Part shown: positions 57,587 through 64,000 of the stretch, one piece after another
Position numbering within the stretch: the first letter of the stretch is position 1
Layout: each line of letters opens with the position of its first letter
Source of the DNA: a virus
Length of the DNA stretch: 64,000 nucleotides
IMG/VR virus record: IMGVR_UViG_3300010399_000032
Direction: 5' to 3' (one strand)
Translations under genes and position numbers: made by a program
Notes under the pieces: generated by a model
What the model was told of the DNA's origin: nothing
Database searches by the model: none
What the model saw: the letters and a program-made list of their open reading frames with translations, nothing else

Positions 57587-57924
57587 TACCTAGTGACTCC
57601 TGCATTAACGGTAATTGTACCTTCCAGAACCCTTGTAACATTTCCGCTAGGAGAAGTGGTTATAACATCGAAAAGGTATCTTTGTGGGAGGATATTGAGA
57701 GAATTTGCCGCGGACATAGATAAGGAAATAATACCGTTAGGACCATCCGTAACAGTACAAATAAGATTCGCTGAAATGTTAGATGAGTAAAATGATCGCT
57801 TTAATTGTGATTGTGCCGTGTACCCAACCACATTAATTGCGGTATTGGTTGTATCATCTGTTAAGGTAAGCGTATCATTCCAATCTGAACCTTGGTCGAT
57901 AAAAAGATCAATATAGTCTGCCAT
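57586..57924 (-). CDS. small virion structural protein (Ig-like)
   Basis: L.IDQG.D, GYTA.SQL.., RYLFDV.......TRVLEG.ITV..GVT. Confidence 0.7.
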   Translation of the reverse strand: MADYIDLFIDQGSDWNDTLTLTDDTTNTAINVVGYTAQSQLKRSFYSSNISANLICTVTDGPNGIISLSMSAANSLNILPQRYLFDVITTSPSGNVTRVLEGTITVNAGVTR

Positions 57925-57945
57925 TTACTTCTCCATTTGGTGAAG

Positions 57946-57952
57946 TATTTAG
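57946..57952 (-). promoter_or_regulatory. late promoter for fibre/propeller operon
   Basis: CTAAATA 22 nt upstream of ATG. Confidence 0.7.
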
Positions 57953-57954
57953 GT

Positions 57955-58926
57955 TTAACCAATATTTTTCACTAAGGTAACAAGGACTCTAGGATTTGTA
58001 TTGGCATCAATGAACGTGTAATAAAAAAGCACGTCCGTAGCACCGGCGGTAGATGATAGATTAGCCGTTAATTTGTTAGGGAAAACGTAATTATTTTCAT
58101 AGGTCATGGAAGCTCCACCACCAGCGGGTTGGGTAAAACGTCGTGATCCTGAAACACCAGATTTGAAATTTGTTGGATTTTTGAGTAGGATATTACCACC
58201 CAGGATTAAACTATCATTAAGAGTTGTGCTCATATCAAAAGCTACGTTTCCAGATATACCGGCACCTGTGTTGGCCTCGGCGGCCGCTGCCCAAATACCA
58301 GATATTTCTGCTACTCGACCTACATTATTCGCTTTAAATTGACTTCCTGTTGCCCAGATGGTAGCACCATTTTGAGTGGCTGATCCTAAGGTATTGGCCT
58401 GGGCATAAGCCGCCTGGGCTGTAATATTGGCACTATTAGCTAAAGCATATGCTGAGTTGGCTTCCGCGAAAGCTCCTTGGGCTGTTCCGGATACTGATGT
58501 TACCGAAGCTGTTGTTGCCGCGGCATTAGCACCAGCGAAAGCTCCTTGGGCAGTAGTAAGTGCGGTGTTAGCATCTACATATGCCGCATTAGCTTGGTTA
58601 TATGCAGTATTCGCTTGCCCATAAACAATGGAAATTTGAGAATTTGCACCATTCCAGACGGATTGTGCATAATTATAAATTTGACTGGTTACATTCGAAG
58701 AAGACAAATTTATCGCGGAATTATCAGTTATAACCTGGGAAGGAGTAATGGTTATGTAAGTAGTTCCAAATTTTGCCTGTGATCCATTGACAACCAAAGG
58801 AGCACTATTAGAAATCAGATTAAGCACATTGGCCGCGTCCAATGCATTAGACCACGCCAATTGTTGGTTAACCCGGGTTAACCAAGTAAAAAATGTATCT
58901 CCAACTGATACGTTAGCGAACGCCAT
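57955..58926 (-). CDS. short fibre-like virion protein
   Basis: DTF..W....N N-term, A-x-x-x-A-N heptads, C-term Q...G...LS....A.DVL.YY tip domain. Confidence 0.65.
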   Translation of the reverse strand: MAFANVSVGDTFFTWLTRVNQQLAWSNALDAANVLNLISNSAPLVVNGSQAKFGTTYITITPSQVITDNSAINLSSSNVTSQIYNYAQSVWNGANSQISIVYGQANTAYNQANAAYVDANTALTTAQGAFAGANAAATTASVTSVSGTAQGAFAEANSAYALANSANITAQAAYAQANTLGSATQNGATIWATGSQFKANNVGRVAEISGIWAAAAEANTGAGISGNVAFDMSTTLNDSLILGGNILLKNPTNFKSGVSGSRRFTQPAGGGASMTYENNYVFPNKLTANLSSTAGATDVLFYYTFIDANTNPRVLVTLVKNIG

Positions 58927-59143
58927 TTATTAATCCTTCTAGTAGAGCCTTAATATCTTTGAGGTCGTGTTCTATGGTATTTACCTTTTCGGCCAATTCC
59001 TCATTTTGTGATTTGGCTTCCGTAGCTATTTCAGCTATTCTTTTTTTGCTTCTATATTCAGTAATTTTGCGTTTATCGGTTTCAACTAGCCCTAGACTAT
59101 GTGAATCGCGCATCATCGTGGTATCTTTAACTTTAATGAGCAT
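58913..59143 (-). CDS. small coiled-coil hypothetical virion-associated protein
   Basis: RD..S.GLV.TD......Y, L.DIK.LL..L. Confidence 0.65.
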   Translation of the reverse strand: MLIKVKDTTMMRDSHSLGLVETDKRKITEYRSKKRIAEIATEAKSQNEELAEKVNTIEHDLKDIKALLEGLINGVR

Positions 59144-61779
59144 TATAGTGGTAGTGCAATGGCTCTTAGGTTATAAAGAACTGGGACATGGGTAGTGTCA
59201 CTCGAAACTAATACAACCTTTAGAGCAAATGTGTTGAAATAGGTATATGTAGCTGATCCTGAGGTATAAGTGATACCTGTCTGCCCACCGGCCGTATCCA
59301 CCATATCATATTCAAATTCAATGGCATCATTTTCAAATGATCCCTCGGTAGATACTCCTTGGGTACCAATTGAGCGATTCATGAGGACCCATGGTTTACG
59401 AGAAAATGGATCAGGATCAGTTGCAGCTTTGATCTTATAATAAACCAAAATATCAGTGTTATTTGGTCGGTATGCTGTTAGGAAAACTTTTAGATCATTA
59501 GCATCGAAACCATCCGCTAAGGTGACTGCTCGGCTGATATATTTAGATTCGGCTGGCCCACCTGAGAAAGCTGTTTCGGAAGCAATAGAAATAACTCCGG
59601 TATTGGATCCTACAGAAACAGATACATTATCCGTATATCCGGAACCACCCGCGGCCAACTGAATTGAAGTCAGGTAACCACTTGAATTGGCATTACCATA
59701 AGCTTTTGCCCCAGAACCTGCTGTGGAGGTTATGGTCAAAGGAATATTAGCATTTGCAGGGAAACCGGCTAATGCAGTCGCAATGGTGAAATCCGATTGT
59801 GCCAAATTAGCATTATCAATATAATTCTGGAATGAAATAAATTGACCTGTACTTGGATAAATCACAGGAGAAATTGCAGTATCCCCAGTACTCATTGTTA
59901 TTACCAAATCATATGGTGATGTGGTTGAATTCAAGAGAACACGGCTATCTGGAATGATTTCATTATCGAGTTTATAGGCTTCCAATGTCTGCCCGGGGAA
60001 TGAATGCTGGTATGATAGTGAGGTATTACCATAAATTTGCCCATTGAGGTGGGTTAGGAATTTATCCACCACAATATCTGAACCATTTGCGGCTGGCAGA
60101 TTTGAAGATAGTTGAACTGTTCCTGAGGTTGCAAACTGAGCTTGATAGATATTAAAGGTCATGACCTCGGTTTGGATGGCATCCCAGGTATAATCATTCT
60201 TTGATTTGAATAAGCTACCTGAATATGGTGAGGCTGAAACAATTCTATTTGTTCCTAGGATGGTACCACCAAGTTCGGCTACGAAAACTTCATATTCCAA
60301 ACTGTCAGATGAAACGACGAGTGCGTAATCGCCTGGAGGAAGATAAACAGGTGTTGCGAATTTGAAATTGGTTGGAATAGATGCATCATCCGAAATATTG
60401 ACATTTTCCGAAAGTTTTACGGAAACACTTAATGGAACCACTGAGATAGATGATGGATATCCATTCACCATTGGGCGAATATCAACCGTTACTGGTAAGA
60501 TATTGTCCTTTGATCGGAAGAAAATGTCCAATGAAGTTAGGAACATTGCCGATGTTACATAGAATTGTTGAGCAATTGGGTCCCAACCTGGATCAGATTG
60601 ACCAACACCAAATGATCCACCACCTTTTCCACTTGAACTTGAGGTTGCAGGTGGGGTTGATGGTGTTGGGGTTGGTGTAACAACAGGAGTTATGGATTGA
60701 ACGGAAGAAACCGATGTTGATTGCATAACAATCGAATCTTTAGTTTCTTGGATACCAGTTGCGTCAAACTTATAATCTGCATAAGTTGTTGCAGAAGATG
60801 TATCATTGGATGGATCATCAATAATACGGAAAATTCTTTCACCAGTACGGAACATACCGGCAGGAATATTAAAGATACCTGAAATTTGACCTTCATCATC
60901 CGTATAGAATGTTTGACCAATAGAGAAACTGATATCTCCGGCCGGGGTGAAAATCGAAACTGGGTCGGAAATAGAAGCAGAAACTAAGTTTGCCAATGTT
61001 CCTTGTGCAGAAGACAAGGTAAGTGTCCTAGTGACATTATTAAATCCAACAATATTAGCTGTTAATGGTGGGTGAGCCAGTTTTTTACCTGGAACAAAGG
61101 TGATGGTATTTGAACCATCCGTGCCCCAAAAATTATTGGCCATAGCAACGCTTCGGATAGGAAGTTGCACGGTGTTAGCGGTATTTGATGAGAACCATGA
61201 TGCAAGATTACCACCACCGCGGGTTTCATAATATTCAATAGTTCCGGTGTTGCCGCTGCTATGTAGTGTAAGTGTCTGCCCTGGTAGGAACCGACCATTA
61301 ATCTGAGCTCCATTGTATAGATGGAACTTTCTCTTACGATCCCGACTATCACCAGTATCTTGGAGAGTCGTATTGGCATTTCCTGTATCAAAATATCGGC
61401 CATAAGCCAGAACAGGAGCAATATTATCTGATCCAGCACCCGCAGTTACAATATCAGCATTGGCGGAGAACCCAACGGTTGAAATATGCAAAACATTGGT
61501 GTTGTCTTGCATCCTGAGATAATCGGATTTGATGATATAGTCTGTTACATCCTGACCATCAAAATTGAACCAGACGCGACGATTTGGGCGAAGCCCGCGC
61601 GCAATGAATGAAACTTGACGGTTAGGAATATAAGGAATAATAGAAATGTCAATAACACCGTTATCATACTGACTAGTTGTTACCGTAGTTGTTGTTTTGG
61701 TGGTAACAATAGCAGATGGTGAGGTAGTAGTTGACGTACTAACCGAGGTTTGTTTAGTAGTGGTTAAACCTGTTGACAT
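59143..61779 (-). CDS. large virion structural protein (C-terminal DUF4815/VrlC-like part)
   Basis: GLRPN.R..F.FDG, F.TGERIFR, DPIAQ.F, F.TS.DIFF..KD...PV, GSLFKS.N..TW, KYISR.VTL. Confidence 0.75.
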   Translation of the reverse strand: MSTGLTTTKQTSVSTSTTTSPSAIVTTKTTTTVTTSQYDNGVIDISIIPYIPNRQVSFIARGLRPNRRVWFNFDGQDVTDYIIKSDYLRMQDNTNVLHISTVGFSANADIVTAGAGSDNIAPVLAYGRYFDTGNANTTLQDTGDSRDRKRKFHLYNGAQINGRFLPGQTLTLHSSGNTGTIEYYETRGGGNLASWFSSNTANTVQLPIRSVAMANNFWGTDGSNTITFVPGKKLAHPPLTANIVGFNNVTRTLTLSSAQGTLANLVSASISDPVSIFTPAGDISFSIGQTFYTDDEGQISGIFNIPAGMFRTGERIFRIIDDPSNDTSSATTYADYKFDATGIQETKDSIVMQSTSVSSVQSITPVVTPTPTPSTPPATSSSSGKGGGSFGVGQSDPGWDPIAQQFYVTSAMFLTSLDIFFRSKDNILPVTVDIRPMVNGYPSSISVVPLSVSVKLSENVNISDDASIPTNFKFATPVYLPPGDYALVVSSDSLEYEVFVAELGGTILGTNRIVSASPYSGSLFKSKNDYTWDAIQTEVMTFNIYQAQFATSGTVQLSSNLPAANGSDIVVDKFLTHLNGQIYGNTSLSYQHSFPGQTLEAYKLDNEIIPDSRVLLNSTTSPYDLVITMSTGDTAISPVIYPSTGQFISFQNYIDNANLAQSDFTIATALAGFPANANIPLTITSTAGSGAKAYGNANSSGYLTSIQLAAGGSGYTDNVSVSVGSNTGVISIASETAFSGGPAESKYISRAVTLADGFDANDLKVFLTAYRPNNTDILVYYKIKAATDPDPFSRKPWVLMNRSIGTQGVSTEGSFENDAIEFEYDMVDTAGGQTGITYTSGSATYTYFNTFALKVVLVSSDTTHVPVLYNLRAIALPL

Positions 61780-61791
61780 TTATTATCCTTG

Positions 61792-64000
61792 TTATAGAGG
61801 TAGACCAAACCAACGTTGGGCTGCATCTGTTTTTGTTCCGAGAGGATTATTAGGTATTGTATTGGCCACAATTGCATCATTGACACCAGTTGCATTGATA
61901 ATAATATCTGGGGCTTGTCGAGTGTCAATCCAATTACAATCCGGTGGATCCATAACAACTGCACCTACCCATTGCGCTAACATGTATGGTTGTACTTCTT
62001 CCCATTTAGTTGCCGCTGTCTGAGTAATTGCTAATTGTTCCGTAAACTGGAGTAGAGCAATTTGACCAGCAACCTGAGTATTTGTGTTAGCAGTTACAGT
62101 AAACTGTGAAGCCACCACATTTTGTGCTGGGCGCATATTCTGTTTGGTGGTATCAATTGACACGAAATAATCAGGATTTGATACATCGCCATATGACTGA
62201 GTTGAAAAATTATCAGTCAGGATACCATATTTAGTTCTTTCCAGACCATTTACATCCAAGATTGACATTGAAGCTGTTGCCGCTTCTAGTAAGCTAAGTG
62301 ATTGATAATATTCAAGATTTGAAATACGAGTCTCAAGATTACCGATATCACGCATGGTATAGCGTTTATTTTCTACGAATTGAACGCCAACATTAGCTGT
62401 TGAAATAGTATATGGATCGAGAGATAGTTTATAAAGAACCATTGAATCTGTCTGGAGAGGAGGTTCAATTGGATTTTTACTTGAAATACCATCAACCACT
62501 CGGAAAGGATTATTCAAATCCTTAGTCATAATGACCGAAGATTTCCTTGGAAGATAAAAACTATAATCCTGAAGGAAGCCAGTACCATCATATGGTGCTC
62601 GGGCTTCATCAAGTTCATAGTTTGGTGTGGTCTGGGTCTTATTGGTTCTCACTGGTCGGAAATCAATACAATCACGGAGACGATAAACCGTACCATCTGT
62701 GGCGGTATATGATGGAATTCCAGCATATGTTTCAGGAGAAATATATGAATCGACATTGAAGTAACCTAGACCATCTGATGAACCACCAGAATGATCATAC
62801 CACTTGAAGCAAACTACAAGGGGACCAAGTTTTGGTGAGACTCCTGGTTTAAGTGATAGATGAGCAAAGTTATACCAAGTATCACGTTGACCATTATCAA
62901 AATAGAAATCATTTGTGACATTATTGTATTGGGATAATAGGGCACCCGTCGAAACTGCGGTACCACTTAAATCATAAATGGCATCAATTGATTTAACGTC
63001 CGACATAAACATTTGCATCCATTCACCTGGTAAGTTGGATGGATTGGTAATAATGGCCTGCCCAGTGCCATCACCTACGGTATTAACTTGGACGGTTGTT
63101 ATACCGGCCGAGGTATTTTGAGTAAGAGAAGTACCGGCAGCCAAAATATTTGTGGTATTAGAGCTACGGAGAGTTTTGGTCTTAGGCTTTGATTCAGAAC
63201 CAGAATTGATATTAACTCGTACATAGGCGGTGAAAGGAATAGTTGCACCTTCACCTGGTACCTGGAGAGTTGCAGTCTGACCACCGGCACCAATTGACAC
63301 ATTAGATAGAGAAATACGTTTACCATTGCCTGTACGGAAAGGAATAATTCCACTAAGAGTAGTTGTTGCCTGACCGGTCGAATCGTTGGTACTATAGAAA
63401 GTTTCACCGGAAGATAGAGAAATAGTTGCCACACCCGCACTAGAAAAAGCGGTTGGGTTAGGAATATATTTCATATACTGGTAGGTCTGATTAGAAATGG
63501 TATTTGGAGTTAACCATTGATCACCTACATCATAGAGCAGAGTTATTTGGTCGGTGTTATAAAGTCGCGCATAACCATTGGCACTATTTTTCGATGAAAT
63601 ATGTACATTAGCCGATGCAGCGGATGGGGCTCCAGAAGTGTAGGTTGAATTCTTGATGATGGAATTGGCTGAGTCGAAATCCAAATCTACTGAAATATTT
63701 GAAGTTGCTGTAGGACCATTGATCCAGGTATCACCGATAGTAATAACTTTGGTGCCACCGTTCCAACCAGTAATAGTGTATTTTTCACCGGCGCCGGCAC
63801 CATTGATCACTCGGACCGTTGAACCAATATAGGCTCCATTAACAGAAGTGAATTTTCCTGTTGAGTCGTAAAGGGTTATAGTATTTGGTGTGCTGGATAC
63901 TGCATTGGATGTTAGGTTAGCTAATCGGAAATCAAACAAAGAAATGGACAAAATGTCATTGTTTGAATCGGCTGCATTGACCGTACCGTAATATTTGACC
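61792..64000 (-). CDS. DUF4815/VrlC-like virion protein, 5' end outside window
   Basis: DNGQRD..Y, YF.VDSY, LRD.IDFRP, NKRYTMRDIG.LE.RI.NLEYY.SLSLLE. Confidence 0.8.
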   Translation of the reverse strand, partial: VKYYGTVNAADSNNDILSISLFDFRLANLTSNAVSSTPNTITLYDSTGKFTSVNGAYIGSTVRVINGAGAGEKYTITGWNGGTKVITIGDTWINGPTATSNISVDLDFDSANSIIKNSTYTSGAPSAASANVHISSKNSANGYARLYNTDQITLLYDVGDQWLTPNTISNQTYQYMKYIPNPTAFSSAGVATISLSSGETFYSTNDSTGQATTTLSGIIPFRTGNGKRISLSNVSIGAGGQTATLQVPGEGATIPFTAYVRVNINSGSESKPKTKTLRSSNTTNILAAGTSLTQNTSAGITTVQVNTVGDGTGQAIITNPSNLPGEWMQMFMSDVKSIDAIYDLSGTAVSTGALLSQYNNVTNDFYFDNGQRDTWYNFAHLSLKPGVSPKLGPLVVCFKWYDHSGGSSDGLGYFNVDSYISPETYAGIPSYTATDGTVYRLRDCIDFRPVRTNKTQTTPNYELDEARAPYDGTGFLQDYSFYLPRKSSVIMTKDLNNPFRVVDGISSKNPIEPPLQTDSMVLYKLSLDPYTISTANVGVQFVENKRYTMRDIGNLETRISNLEYYQSLSLLEAATASMSILDVNGLERTKYGILTDNFSTQSYGDVSNPDYFVSIDTTKQNMRPAQNVVASQFTVTANTNTQVAGQIALLQFTEQLAITQTAATKWEEVQPYMLAQWVGAVVMDPPDCNWIDTRQAPDIIINATGVNDAIVANTIPNNPLGTKTDAAQRWFGLPL

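Noticed and set aside
512-62759. Many short plus-strand and alternative-frame ORFs in the track
   Set aside because: All lie inside well-supported minus-strand genes and lack recognisable motifs
1-64000. Stop-codon reassignment, tRNAs, introns or inteins
   Set aside because: Core genes are full length in the standard code, with no obvious insertions; no cloverleaf noticed in the short intergenic gaps (not computationally scanned)

Overview
64 kb of a T4-like (Tevenvirinae/Kyanoviridae-style gene order) myophage genome, AT-rich, with essentially every real gene on the minus strand. Read right to left: DUF4815/VrlC-like virion proteins, Ala/Asn-rich fibre proteins, three paralogous repeat beta-propeller proteins and a glycosyltransferase-methyltransferase fusion. 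Then come the neck/terminase/tail/portal/head block (gp13-gp23, gp3), with two GIY-YIG homing endonucleases, a probably capsid-targeted ADP-ribosyltransferase-like gene and an RcGTA-type head-spike base gene inserted. Next are uvsY-uvsW-gp55-gp47-gp46 and an accessory early module (DruA-like, zincin-vWA, MoxR/CobS AAA+, HTH, His-motif protein, DUF6745, array of ~70-aa ORFs). The window ends with gp45-[vWA, Tad2/DUF2829, DsbA/GapR]-gp44-gp62-regA-dUTPase and a ~9 kb glycan/methyltransferase cluster. Late promoters ([C/A]TAAATA), sigma70-like promoters, terminators and RBS-occluding hairpins are visible. An alphaproteobacterial host is plausible but only inferred. The best candidates for an undescribed system are (1) the fibre + 7/6/7-blade hypervariable propeller trio + GT-MTase cassette and (2) the His-motif/DUF6745/small-ORF array with its AAA+/vWA-protease neighbours. 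All family assignments are by eye from motifs and synteny; no searches were run.
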